Source of the DNA: Camelus ferus
Taxonomy: Eukaryota
Length of the DNA stretch: 64,000 bases
NCBI RefSeq assembly: GCF_009834535.1
Contig: NC_045696.1
Coordinates: 101,806,001-101,870,000 of the forward strand
Direction: 5' to 3'
Part shown: positions 38,249 through 52,239 of the stretch, piece by piece
Layout of the letters: each line of letters starts with the position of its first letter
How positions within the stretch are numbered: position 1 is the stretch's first letter
The notes under the pieces: generated by a model
Told to the model about the DNA's origin: nothing
The model's input: only the letters and a program-made list of their open reading frames with translations
The model's database searches: none
Position numbers and translations under genes: made by a program

Positions 38249-40020
38249 AAGTCAAGAATTAAAATTTTAAATCACATCAAAGGAAACAGAAAGATTACAT
38301 ATTCCTTTATTATAACTAAGCTTCCTTAAAGATTTGCCTGCTACTTAGAAAATATAATTTAAATAGTTACAGATAAGAAAATATATTGTGTGGTGATCTA
38401 ATCAATGATAACAAGACCATTAGAATTTACTGATAAACTAAAAATAGCAACTTAGTGGATTAAACTGGAATATCAAAATAATGTATATTTTTATAAATGT
38501 TACATCATTTTAACATAAGATAGCACCTAATTGCAGCTATCAGTTTGCAGACTCAAGGGTAAATACAGTAATTGAAGTTCTATAATTTATTTAAAAAGAA
38601 GCTTTAAACCCTATACAAAGGCACATTTTAATCCTTTTTTGTGGTAGATTTTGATTCCCAAGTCTTTGAGACACTAGTACTTAATATTGAACTGTAGATA
38701 ATGAACGGCAGTTTAAGAAACAGTTATGTAGTCTCCAATATCAAGAGAGAAAAAATAATTTAGTGCTAAAGTCATAAATACCAAGGTGATGACCAATAGT
38801 AAATAGTAAAACTTTCCTATAAAAATTATTAAATTGTAACATGTATTTTTATTCATTTTTTGGAATGTTCATTTCTATCAAAATGACTACCAATGAATTA
38901 CATTTTTTTAACCTTGTTTTCACTCTTAAAATGAAGTAATTGCAAAGGAAATTTCAGAGAAAATACTAAAAAGAAAAAAAATGTGTTTTAAAATTACTTT
39001 CAAATTCCACAGATATTTTTAAGTCACAGCTCAATGTGCAGCTTAATCCTCAGCAAGACTCTAGGTCAGCCTTCTACAGTTCTCTGCAGTACTTTCTATA
39101 CATTATTATATCTCCTCAACATTATCATATCTTGCAAATTCTAGAAAATTTGGCATCCTCAAACACCAAACGCTTGGTGTGACTGCTGATTTCTGTCTGG
39201 GAACCCTTCCACATGCTCCAACCTGGGAACTCCAGAAATGAACTTGGACAAAAATAGGGCTTACCTTCCTTATTTCCTTTTTAACAGGGTCATTGATCAC
39301 TATTCTGTGCTGACATTGTCCAGAGTCTGAAAACCATTGTTTAATGTATTTTGTCCAGTTTTCTGTTTGTTTTGGCGGGAGGATAAAATCTGGTCCCTGT
39401 TACTCCACCATGGTTCAGAATGTAATATTTTGAAATTACATTCCTTGAGAAGGCACAAACTTTCCCATTTTACCACTAAACTGTTCACACTACATATAGT
39501 TTTAGAATGAAGAGTTTCACAAACATTTATGTCACTTGCTTAGACTCGAAAGATGGATGAGTTTGCAACTGAATTCTAGTGTGGCCTTTCCAGTCAGCTT
39601 TCTCTAATTCTTAGAGTTTTCTTCTTTACAGTATCAGAGTTCCTACAACAACTGTTCAAATGAAAATGACAAAAAAAATACAGAGGGTGATCCAAATCCA
39701 AAAAGAAAAAGACACATTTCACAAGGAAGCCAAAAAACCTGTAGAAACCTGATACCTAGATACATTTAATTTACTAAACAAAACTCAGCTTCTCTAAGAT
39801 GTTTACATTCAAGATTGTTAAAGTTTTCCCAAGAACAATAGGTATATACTTGATTTACATTTGCTTTGTGGGCACATTTTTTATGGCTGTCTTAGAAAAA
39901 TAATCTAAAGGTAAATTTAACCTCTTAAAAAGCAAGCATACTTATAACATTTAAATGACATTTTTCCCAGTCTGTATTAATCAAGGGCTCAAAAGTATTT
40001 TACAGTATCACCTTTTTGCA

Positions 40021-41400
40021 TGTGGTATAATAGAAAAATATTTGTTCTTTGCCTCCATTTCCTAGCACAAAATTAAAACTTTTAGGATTTCCTTCCTAAT
40101 AAGGCAGGCCCTTAGACAGCTTCATGTTAGGGGCTGGTCACCAGAGGGCCAATCCATGATTAAAAGCTTGGAACTTTTGTTACCCAGAAACTAGGTTTGC
40201 CTCTTGGTTGAGTGTCAAGCCAAAAGACAAAAGAAAGTCAAAGAGTGGGAGAAGAATTTATTTCTTGCAGCAAGTAAGGAGGATACCAGAGATCTTTCTC
40301 AAAGCATTGTCTCCCCAAACAGCAAAATTGGGGAGGTTTTAAGCCAAGGGTACATGCATACTCATGAAGGGGCTTGGGCAATGTATGCATATTCATAAAG
40401 GGGCTTAAGCAGGGAAGAATTCAGCATAGAATTGGGGCAAATTGATCAAGTCCAAGTTTTAGTTGACTGAAGTCACAAGGGTCAGAAAAGGTCAACATTC
40501 ATCATTCCTTAGGTTCCAACCAGTCTGGGGTCTCAGCATGTAGTTATCGTCCTCCATCTGGATGGTGACCTTAACCCAGAACTCAAAAATACGTATCAAA
40601 ATGTTATGTATATCCCTTGAGGAGGAACTTGGACTCTGTTTTATCACAGAACTATTGTTTCTTGACTATTTTTCCTTTATTCCTCCATTCCCTCATTTCT
40701 TTTAAGATCATTAATAAGTGAGACCTGTTAAGGGCAAGCATTGTGGCCAAGCTTAGATCACAAAATGGCTTAGGCCAGAAATGACTTCTCTTATGTCAAG
40801 AAAGTCATGCCTGATTCTCTTTCTCTGGGGAACCCCTACCTTATCTGCTTACACTTTTAGCACCCCCTCCCAACTTCCAGGATGAGGAGAGGGGCTGGCG
40901 ATTGAGTTAATTACCCATTTCCAGTAATTTAATTAATCATGTCCATGTAATGAAACCTCCTTAAAAACCCCTGATCAGTGAAGTTTGGAGAGCTTTTCAG
41001 TTGGTGAACTCACTGAGGTGCTGGGAGGTTAATACATCCAGAGAAGGCATGAAAGCTTCACACCCCTACTCCTATACCTTGTCCTGCACATCTCTTCCAT
41101 TTGACTGTTCCTGAGTTATATCTTCTATAATAAATCAGTAGTCATAAGTAAATGCTTTCCTGAGTTCTGTGAGTTGTTCTGGTGAGTTACCAAACCTATA
41201 GAGAGGGTTGAGGAAACCCTTGAATGTTTAGTCTGCTGAGCAGTAATGTGAGTAGCTTTGGCACCCCATCTGTGGCCAGCTTCCCGAGTGGATGCACTCT
41301 TGGAACTGAGACACTTGTAGATCCTGATGCTAACTCTAGTTGCTTCTGTCAGAGTTGAATTGAATTGTTGGAAACCTGGTTGATAAAAGAATTAGTTGAT
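40021..41400 (+). mobile_element. MER21-family LTR interrupted by a nested ERV1 LTR
   Basis: ggggctggtcaccaga...gattaaaagcttggaacttt | tagcaccccctccc...ttcctgagttctgtgagttgttctggtgagttacc...gtcagagttgaattgaattg. Confidence 0.7.
40178..40853 (-). mobile_element. ERV1-type solo LTR nested in MER21, 4-bp TSD
   Basis: TG...CA ends (tgttaccc...gcttaca). CTTT at 40174-40177 and 40854-40857. Central block is similar to the LTR at 37602-38248. Confidence 0.8.
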
Positions 41401-41434
41401 GTTAAAAAGAAATATCTATTTTTCCATGGATGGT

Positions 41435-41839
41435 TGTTACGGGCTGAATTGTGTTTAATTAAAATTCGTATGTTGAAATCCTAACCCCCAATCCTCAGAA
41501 TATAATCATAGTTGGAAATAAGGTCTTTAAAGAGATGATTAAGTTAAAATGAGGCCATTAGGATGGATCCTAATCCAATCTGACTGTGTCCTTATAAGAA
41601 GAGGAAATTTGGACAGATAAATGGATACCAGAGGGCGTGCACACACTAAGAAAAGACCATGTGAAGAGGCAGCAAGAGTGCAGCCATCTGCAAGACAAAG
41701 AGGTCTCAGAGGAAATCAATATTGCTAGCACCTTGATCTTAGACATCCAGCCTCCAGAACTTTGAGAAAATAAATTTCTATTATTTAAGCCACTCAGTCT
41801 GTGGTATTTTCTTATGGCAGCCCTAGCAAGCTAACATAA
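41435..41839 (+). mobile_element. MaLR LTR (MLT1B-like)
   Basis: tgttacgggctgaattgtgt...gttgaaatcctaacccc...cagcctccagaactttgagaaaataaatttc...ggcagccctagcaagctaa. Confidence 0.85.
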
Positions 41840-43470
41840 CAATTTGTTACTCCTTTTTCATTTCTGTTGATTTGAGATGTTTATTTCAAGCCTGAGTCTT
41901 TAGTCTGGAAATTTTAGGAGCACATTAACTAGTATCCCTTTCTCATTCTATCCAAACCTAAGGATTTGAATCATGATTTTCAAACTTTAAAGCTCAGCGT
42001 GTAAATCATACATCAGAATTAGAAGTATGAAATATTAAAAGGAGGACAATTGAGAGCACAGAACAAAAATAAAAATGGTTGGAAAGCATAAAAGACAAGA
42101 ACAGAGAACTGAAAGACACATACTGAAGACCCAACACTGAATAACAAGAGTTCCAAAAGGAGGAAGAGGAAATGATGGAGTAACATTTTATAGCAAAAAA
42201 AAATTTATAGAAAAACAATACTCCCTAAACTGGAGAAATACATTCATCTGCTGAATAAAAGATCTCACTCAGGTAAGACTGATGAAAGAAAACCCTGTTG
42301 TGGAAAATAAAACCATAGACTCAAAATTTTAAATAAGACTTTGTTATTTACTAAGAATGACATTGCAGAAAATAAAGAGGGAAGTTCCCACCAGCTATAG
42401 CAAAGCCAAGACAACTAATTTCTTAATACATCAAAATTATCATGATTTATTTTATACACTAGTATAATGAAAGCCCAATTCCAAGAATTGCATTGTAGTC
42501 AACAGGGGAGAAAGGACTCATTTAATTAGATTAGTGACAATTAATGAGAAAGGAAATATCAGCAGTCACAAATTAGCAAGCAGAATAGCTACTTGAAAGA
42601 TGTACCGCTATCTTACAATTATAAGGGGTTATAGAATCTTCATTAATATCTTAAGGACCTATCATTTGGTTGAGATTTCACCTTTCTCTGCATACTGACT
42701 TTTAATACTGTCTTGTTATGGACATATTAGAAATAATCCGGTTAAATTTCTGAGTTCCAATGATAAAGGAAAAAAAACTGTAATTATCTTCCTTGGAAAA
42801 AGAATTAATCATGAAGGGAAAAGAATCAGATCACTTTTTACTTACAATATTAAAAGCTACAAGAAAATTTGGTATCATTTATATTGAGAAAAAAGACTAT
42901 GGTCGAATGACTCTAATATAACCAAAATATTACTTAGTCGTCAAAGACAATTGTTTGGGAATATGTGAAGATTAATGGAATATATCATTGAGTAGCACAA
43001 CTGAGGAAATAGTAAAGGAAAGGACTGTAATCAAACAACAAAAAAATGGAGGAAAATACAGACATCAAGAGATGGAAAGATGTACTAAACGAAAGAGCTC
43101 TGGCACATCTGTTACCTAAAGAAATACCTAAACAGAGATGCAGAGTGGCTGAATATGTGTAATATGAGTACTAACTTGATTCTTGAAATAAAAGTGGCAT
43201 ACTGCAAGGGAACCCTGATAATAGACTCTAACCAAAGGCAATTAAAATAGATCAGTGAATCCTAGGAGTTTGGGGGTGGAAAGGGGGAAGTAAGTGTTCT
43301 AAAGGGTTCATCCAGTGAAGGAACAGATCACCTAGCAAACAAATAATTGGTTTCCTATTTTTATATAACCCTTACTTTCATATACATTTCATTTTGTGTA
43401 TATGAAAGTGATAATCACCTGTTGAGTGGAAAGTACAATAGGATTTCCTAACTAAAAAGAGGAAAAAGAT

Positions 43471-44557
43471 TATAAATTTAATTAGGTCCCATTTGTTTAT
43501 TTTTGCTTTTATTTCTATTGCCTGGGTAGACTGCCCTAGGAGAACATTGCTAAGATTTATGCCAGAGAATGTTTTACTTTTGCTTTTCTGCAATGAAGAC
43601 ATACAAATGGCCGATACACACATGAAAAAAAATGCTCAGTATTGCTAATTATCAGAGAAATGCAAATCAAAACTACAATGAGGTATCACTTGACACCAGT
43701 CAGAATGGCCTTCCTTCATTAAAAACTCCACAAATGATTAATACTGGAGAGGGTGTGGAGAAAAAGGAAGCCTTCTACATTGTTAATGGAAATAAATGTA
43801 GTTTGGCGCAGCTGTTATGGAAAATAGTATGATGATTTCTTAAAAAACTAGAAATAGAGTTACCATATGATCCAGCAGATCCTGGGCTTATATCCAAAGG
43901 AAGCTCTAATTTGAAAAGGTGCATTCACCCCAGAGTTCATAGCAGCACAATTTACTATATCTAAGACGTGAAAGCAACCTAAATGTCCATTGACAGATGA
44001 CTGGATAAAGAAGTTGTGGTGTATATATATATGTGTGTGTGTGTGTATATATATATATGTATATATACACACACACACAATGGAATGCTACTTAGCCATA
44101 AACAACAATAAAATAATGCCACTTGCAGCACCATGGGTGGACCTGGAATTTGTCATACTAATTGAAGTAAGCCAGAAAGAGAAAGAAAAATACCATATGA
44201 TATCACTTTCATGTGGAATCTAAAAAAATGACAGATGACACAAGTGAACTTATTTGCAAAACAGAAACAAAATCACAGACATAGAAAACAAACTTATGGT
44301 TATCAGAGGGAAAAGAAAGTAGAAAGGGATAAATTGGGAGTTCAAGATTTGCAGATACTACTGTATATAAAATAGATAACAAGTTTCTACTGTATAGCAC
44401 AGAGGACTGTTTCAATATCTTATAGTAACATATATGAAAAAGAATATGAAAAGGAATACATGTATGTACATACATGACTGAAACATGCTGTACATCAGAA
44501 ATTGACCCAGCATTGTAAACTGACTATACTTCAATAAAAAATTAATTTAAAAAAATT
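43471..44557 (+). mobile_element. Young 5'-inverted, truncated L1 with perfect 16-bp TSD
   Basis: Minus-strand ORF2 piece (TFSGINLSNVLLGQSTQAIEIKAKINKWDLIK) followed by plus-strand ORF2 end, 3' UTR, AATAAA and A-tail. TSD aaaagaggaaaaagat at 43455-43470 and 44558-44573. Confidence 0.9.
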
Positions 44558-44979
44558 AAAAGAGGAAAAAGATAAATAATAATAATGATTAAACAGGAAA
44601 ACTAGTAATGGAAATATTTAAAAGGAAATAAGGAAAACTTAAAAAAAATACAAAGTGGGGTGAAAGGATTAAAACACACAAATGATTAAATTCCCCAATG
44701 TATAAAATAAATTCTCAGATTAAGTTGATAAAAACAAAACTATCAATATATTCCTAAAACACACACAAACATATACATTTAAACAAAGCAGTGAAGACTT
44801 CGAAACAAAAAATGGGAAAGGAGAGAAGCAATTGCATACAAAAAATGGAAGAAAGGGAACATTAACATCAGATAAAATAAAAAGGTTTAAAGTACTAAAC
44901 AAGATAAAGATTATGCAACTATAAAAGGCACAGTTTACAAAGAGAATATAACAATTATAAGCCAATTTTTAAAATATCT

Positions 44980-45520
44980 CTCAGCTTCAATTTTACCCTT
45001 CTATGTTTCATTTTGTGATGCTGGAACTAGAATTCTGGATATTGCCTTTCTGATTTGTCAGATTGTTCCCTGTTGAGCTCTGTCAATAGGGGGAAATAAG
45101 GGTGATCACAAGACAGGAAGAAGAGGAAAGAAACTCTTCTTTTTCTTACCATTTGCTTCTTGTTTCTATAAACATCACCCCAATAAAGCTTCATTCTGGC
45201 AGTAACATTTCCTTACAACAGCAGCAGTTGACTGTAGTTTGCAATTTTTCAAATACCATTCTGATTGTGGCCCCTCAGGGAAACCAGTACCAATGGTGCT
45301 CCAGCTTCTCTTAGGACTACAGTCCCCTCATCTGAACTCAGAAATGCCAGCACCAGCCAAGCAGTACACTCTTCTTTGGTCTCGCATATCTAGATGTGAT
45401 AGTTGCTTCCTACAGTTTCTAGCTCTATGATATTCAAGAGTTCCTTTTCAACTTTCTTTAATATCTAATTAATTTTTTTATATTAAGTCATCTCACTTTA
45501 GTAACTGTATGGGATTGTGA
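44980..45520 (+). mobile_element. ERVL-type LTR (LTR33-like)
   Basis: ttgtgatgctggaactag...ccctgttgagctctgtcaataggggg...gttgcttcctacagttt, matched to a recalled consensus. Confidence 0.45.
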
Positions 45521-46486
45521 GAAGATGGTAATAGAGATGGTAGCATAGGTTTGAGATCTTTTGAATTCCCACACAAAAGCACATTGCAACTAGATAACAA
45601 AGGCAAAAACAGTATTTGCAAACAAGACAACAGGTTTTCCTCACAAGCCTCAGAATACAAGCAGGTGGAATAAGCCATCAGTAGTCACAAGACCTGTGTC
45701 CTATCGGTGTCTATGCCGGAAAAAGCAATGTGAAGCAGTGAGGCATCTGATGGACCTGAGAACAGAAAAAAGCCACATAAACTAAAAGGTATTCACTGGA
45801 AATTATGGTAACTCAATTTGAGAACAGTAGCTAAAACTGGGAGACATTTAGCATATTCCAATAATCAGAGATAAGTCTTAGTGTTGGCTTATTCCCATAA
45901 ATTCTCATAACTGACACTAGGGCTCCCTTCAAGTACAAGATCTTATACTGAAGAGAAACTGCTGAGATGAAACAAAATTGTTCAGCATAGAAACAACTAA
46001 AATGAAAGGAAAAAAAAAATCCAGGTAAAAGGGAGACGGAAACAGAGCTGGAAACTGCACCAAGCAAGCAATTGTAGTTTTACTAATATAGAAAACAACA
46101 GAAAAGGGAGCTCATGAGAAGTTTGAAAAACTATCTGACCCAAATCTTCTAAGAAGTTATGCAAAATAAATTTATTTAAAAATGATCATTGGAAAACTAT
46201 TGAAGCCAAATACCATACAAGCAACTGTAAGAAAAGATGACAAGAAGAAATAGAATAATCCTGCAGGCAAAGAAAATACACTAAAAAGACATGTTCATCA
46301 TGTATGCAAATTGAAACATACTATGTCAAAATGACCTAAGAGACTTAATATTGCTTAATGAAAAGATACAAGATATGAAAAAAAACAAAAATTAGAGTTG
46401 AAAAACTTAGAAATTAGTGATACAGTTCAAAAAGAAAGAAAAGAAAAAATATTTCAGAGCTGAGGAATAAACTAGAAGAAAAAAAT

Positions 46487-46494
46487 CACACACA

Positions 46495-46530
<36 letters not shown>
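46487..46530. repeat. (CA)n microsatellite, one interruption
   Basis: Directly visible. Confidence 0.9.
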
Positions 46531-46532
<2 letters not shown>

Positions 46533-47529
46533 TCCAAGCACAACAAATAATGCCTTACAAGAAATAGTAGATTAGAGGGAGGTAGTTTTTAAAAAAAACA
46601 CAACAAAATGAAGAAACAAAAAGGATTTGAGAGAAAATGATGAATATTGAAGATATTAATAGAAGATTCAACATACAGATATAGGAGTTCCTAAAAAAGA
46701 AAAAAAATACATAAAGAATAGAACAAATATTAAAAACTTGCTGAAAAATATTGTTGTGAAATATACATTAAAAGAGCACACAATTGCCTGAGATTTTTAA
46801 CCCAGAGCAAGACTGAGAAATATTCTAGTAAAATTATTGGACTTTAAAGAAAAAGAAAAAATAGTTTTGGGGACTCTAGAGAAAAGAGCACATATTTCAT
46901 AAGGGCATCACATTATATTATCATCAGATTTTTTTAACAGCAGTGCTTTGTACCAGAAGAAATGGAGTAATATATTTAAATACTTAAATGGGATAAAAAA
47001 AATAAGTGAGATAAAGCAAATGAACAATTATGATATATTCTAAATCTATCATTACTTGTGACCTTAAGAATGAGGATTCTTAGTGTGGAAAGATGTAAAA
47101 TAAGAAAGGTTAAGTAAAGACTATGTAGACCTGAATTTGAAAAATCTAATAAAAACATCACCAACAAGTAGCAAATAGCAACCCTAGCTTCCAGATTATA
47201 CTTTTGACATACTATTTTCTTTTAAAGGAAACCTTGGCTTCTTCAAAATATGACTGATTCCAAGTCTATAGCAGAAAATATAAGAACATCTTGAAATACT
47301 GTATAGCAGAGAAAAAATAGAATATTACAAAGGTCATGTCACAAGGATTCAGAAGTCAAATTGAGGCTCTAATTGACCATAGTTTGTATAAAAATTAAAA
47401 TGGATTGAGGCCAATAAAATATGTTTAAATTTGTGAGTTCATAATATATTTTTACATAATATATTTTTAAAAGATTGTATTTGTCACTGTGGTAGGTCTT
47501 TAAAGATACATAGTTCTTATGACTTTTAC

Positions 47530-47922
47530 TGTAGGTGGAAAAAGGGTCTTTGCACATGTGATTAAATTCAGGGTAATGAGATGGGAAGATTATCCTCAAT
47601 TATCCAGGTTGGTCTTAAACATAATCACAAGTATTCCTAGGAGGGAGACAGAAGGAGATTTGACTACAGACAGCAAATAAGACTACCATGTGATGGAAAC
47701 ACTGTTAAAGAGAGAAGATGGAGGATGTACCATGAATGAGGATTGCATTCTTCTTGTCTCTGGAGCCTTTGTAGTGAGTGTGGCCCTGCTGAAACCTTGA
47801 TTTTTAGCTCCATAAGACTCATTTCAGACTTCTGGCCTCCAGCATGTAAGGAACAAATATATGTTGTTTTAAAGCATCAGGTCTGTGGTAATTTGTTACA
47901 GCAGCCATAAAAAGCTAATACA
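47530..47922 (+). mobile_element. MaLR LTR (MLT1D-like)
   Basis: ctttgcacatgtgattaa...gagatgggaagattatcc...ttcagacttctggcctccag...tgtggtaatttgttacagcagccataaaaagctaataca. Confidence 0.8.
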
Positions 47923-48636
47923 GTCAGTCACAAGTCATTATCTTAAAAAGATAAATAAAAGGAAAAAAGTAAGCTTTCATTTCTCCCTTCTTAAATGAAC
48001 CATACCAATTGGTAAATAGTAAATGAGGTTGTATCTTCTTATAAACTTATTCCAGCTAATAAAAACATTAGGATATCTCTATTTTGCAAACACCAATGAA
48101 TCAATGAATCTAAGCATTGAACACAAATGGCTGCAAACATAAAATTGAGTGAAAACAAGCTGTAAGTGCCTTCAGATGAAAATTATAGTCTTACCAAAGG
48201 GATAAAAAGGTAGTTTTATCAAGCTTTTGGATCCTGAAGACAGCTTGCAAGAAACAGAAAAAACAGAACATGTTGAATTACACCATGAATACATAATCAG
48301 CGAAATTCAGACTGTGAGAAACTGGACAAGACAAACAGCTCAATTCTTAAAAATATAAATAGTAAAGAAAAGAAAGGGATGAAGGGAACATCTCTACATG
48401 AAAAGAGACTTACAAGACAATTCAAGGTAACAAAAATGGGTAAGACTATATAGTGTCTAAGGGTGCCCACTTGGATGATTGAAAACCTCAAAAACTCCAA
48501 GGAAATGAGTATTACAAAAACTGAGATACTAGATATGGATAGAAGGGGGCTGTGAATGGGGAATAGCATACAGAGAGGCTTCCAGGATAGCTAGCCAATT
48601 TCTGTTTCTTGGCCAGGGTGGTGGTTATAAAGGTTT

Positions 48637-48960
48637 TGTCTTAGACCGTTTGGGCTGCTATAACAAAATACCAAAACTGAGTAGCTTATAAACAATGGAA
48701 GTTTATTTCTCACTGTATTGGAGCTGGAAGTCCATGATGACAACATTGGCATGGTTGGGTGAGGGCCTTCTTCCAGGTTACAGACCTCCTTGTATTCCCA
48801 ATGGGCAGAAAGGGCTAGGGAGCTCTCTATTGCCTCTTTTATAAGGCACTAATCCCATTTGTGAGGGTTCCACACCCATGACTTAAACAAAGGCCCCACC
48901 TTTGAGGGTTAGGATTTTAACATATGAATTTGAGGGGGGACACAAAAATTCAGACCATGC
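48637..48960 (-). mobile_element. MaLR LTR (MLT1A-like)
   Basis: tgtcttagaccgtttgggctgctataacaaaatacc...ataaggcactaatcccatt...aacatatgaatttgagggggacaca. Confidence 0.85.
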
Positions 48961-51900
48961 ATGGCAGGCATTTAACTTTACATTAATTCACTAAGCTACA
49001 TTTTCTTTTGTGTGTTTAATTTAATTTAATTTTACAATAAAAAGGCAAAAAATATAAAGCAAGTAACAAGTACTAGATTTGTACACCATAAACAACTAAA
49101 AAACTGGACAAAATATGAGAAACAACTGGTTTCAGACTTTGGAAAACAGGCAACAGAAGGCTGTGAACCTAAAGAGAAGGGAGACCACTTAAGTGAGTTC
49201 AACAATCATTCCACCTTTCTAACTGAAGGCACTTTCCAGAATGAAAGACAGGAAGCAGAGAACATGAACAAGCCTGGGAGATATTTGAGCTCAGACCAGC
49301 CAAAGTGGAGAAACATTGGTGAACAATCAAGGAATTCAGTAGAGATCCCCAAAGGGTCATACCTTGGTAAGAAGGCTAAGTTATGTCTGAATTAAGGCTA
49401 TTCTAGCATCTCATGAACAAAACTTTTTAAACCACCTCAAATGGATGAAATAATTATACCTCCCTCCACGCATACAAAAGCGCATTCTTTAGAGGAAAAC
49501 TAAAACTCCAGACTCAACAACATGAAAATCATCATTAGCATTGAATCAAAAATTATTCAAAATGCAGGAAAAAGCGACTAATAAACTAAGAATGCAGTTA
49601 GTTAATAGCAGCAAAGCCACAAATAAAATAGATGATAATTAGCAGACATTCTTTAAAAAGAAATTATAAATATTTTTAAGGATTTAGAGGAAAACATAAA
49701 AATGAGGGGAATTAAAAATATGAAAAAAGAACTAAAATTAACATCTAGACCTGAAAAACATATCCAAAGTAAAAAAAAAATCACTTTAAATATAAAGACA
49801 ATGATAGGTTTTTAGTCATAAAAAAAGCTAAAGTGGCTGTGTTCATATTGGATGAAATAAAACAAAACAGTATTGTTCAGATCAAGCAATATTACCAAAG
49901 TAAAGAATATCATCTCATAATAATTAAAGGATCAATTCACCAAGAGGACATAATTCTAAATGCATATGAACCTAAAACAGAGCTTCAAAATACAGGAAGC
50001 AAAAACTAAGAGAACTGAAAGGAAAAATAAATTAACCCATAAATGTAGTTGAAGATTTCAACACAATTCAGTATTAATAAAATAAGTTGACAGAAAATTT
50101 CTAAGTGTATAGGAAACATGAATAGCAGTACCATCCTGAATGACCTAACTGAAATTATGGAAAACTATACCCAACAAAGAATACATCTTTTTGCATGCAC
50201 AGGGAATATTTGTCAAGATAGATCATATGTTGAACTATAAAAGAAGTTCCAATAAAATAATAAAGTCATACAGCATGTATTCTGTGACCACAATGAAATT
50301 AATTTAGAAAACAATAACAAAACTTACCTGGAAATAAATACCTAAACATTGGAGAATTAGCTACACAGTTCTAAATAACCCATGGTTCAGTGAATAAGTA
50401 ATATGGTAAATTAGAAAAAATGTTGAACTGAATGAAATGATGAACTGTAATGCGAATAGCACATCAAAATTTGTAGAATGCAACTGAAATAATTCTTATG
50501 GGGAAATTTATAGCTTTAAATGCTAATATTAGAAAAGAGGAAATATTTAAATACTGATGATTTAAGCTTTGATTTTAGAAAGTAAAAAAGAAATTTAAAC
50601 CCAACATAAGTAGAAGGAATGAAATAAGGAATTGAGTAATGAATTAAATAGAAAATAAATGATAAAATCAATTGAGCAAAGAGATAGTTCTCTGAAAAAA
50701 TTGATAAAGTTGATAAACTTCTTGCTAGACTTATTATAAAAAAATGAAAGAAGACAAAAATTGCCAAAGACAAGATTTAAGAGGGGAAAACTCTTTGGAG
50801 CCTACATACATTAAAAGAATAATGACATATTTTGTTAAAAGCTATGACTACTTAGGATAAAATTGAAAATTCCTGGAAGGCCCAATTAATAAAACTGGTA
50901 CAGGGGGAAAAAAACACATGTAAATAACTCTTCTATTTTTAAAAAAGGAAATTGATTATTTAAAAATATCCCACAAAGAAAATACCAGTCCCACAAAGAA
51001 AATACCAGTCCCACAAAGTTGGACTGGTAGATTCAAACATATATTGAAAGGAAAGCAATGCTAATCTTACATAGACTCCTTCAGAAAATAGTGCTAATGA
51101 ATCACTGCCAAGTTATTTTATGATGCCAACATTATCCTAATATGCTAAAACCAGTTGGATATTATAAGCAAACAGAACTATAAACCAATATCCCTCATGA
51201 ACATAGATAGATTCAAAAATTCTTATCAAAATATTGTCACTCAAATCCAGCAATACATAAAAATAATATTACATTACCAAGTAAAATTATTCTATTAATG
51301 TAACATTGATTTAATTTTCAAAACCCACAGATACTTAACTTGAAATGAGTCATCGATCAAAACATAAAAACTAAAACATAAAACTTCTAGAAGAAAACCG
51401 AGGAGAAAATCTTCACAGAACTGGAGTAGATAAAAGTTTTTGCAATGAAATATCAAAAGCTCTTACCATGAAATCAGAAAACTGTAAAATTATTTTATCA
51501 AAATTAAAAATTCAGTTCTTTATTTTTAAATGCTTTTATTGTTAATTTTGTAGTTTAATAAATTATTTTGTAAAATATATAAAATCCGTTTTAAGAGGTA
51601 AGGAGTTAAATTGACTGGGGGATTGCTTACAAAGGTTATTGGGAGACTGAACATGTGGGTTCTGAGATATAATTGTTTGAACATAAATTGCAGGCACTGA
51701 CGAGGAGAGAGCATCCTGACTCTGATGACATCCCAAAGGAATGCTCAATGCGAGGAAATCACTGCAACTCTAAAACCTCTGTTTGGCAGTATAAGACCAC
51801 ACTTCATCCCAAGGTACAATGGAGTAGCTATATGTTTTAAGACTAGCTTGAAATTTACTAATACTTTCTTTTTTTTAACATTATTTATTTTATGATTTTG

Positions 51901-52239
51901 GCTTTCCTATTCCTTTTTTCTTTTCCAGTTTCTTATTAGCTGTTGGTTTACAGTGCTCATCCAATTTATCCTTACTTCATTGTTTTTTCATGCTTGATGT
52001 TTTTTCTTGCTTGAAGCACCTGTAGAGATGCCAAAATGTCTCATGATGATAACTGCCCTTCTTTTTTTCTTCTGTGCTTCCCACTCAGGGTTGTTTTATT
52101 ACCCATTTTCTAGTGTGAATCTGTATTACAGTATATTTTGTTATGACACAGTCACAGTCTTAATTCCTTTTGGAGTGGTTTTAAAAAGTGAGTTATTATT
52201 TTTATTTTTAGATTTTGCAACAGTATCTTTACTTTTCCA

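Noticed and set aside
37602..40853. Two similar same-orientation LTRs as the ends of one provirus
   Set aside because: Each has its own 4-bp TSD, their ends differ, and the interval has no PBS/gag/pol-like sequence.
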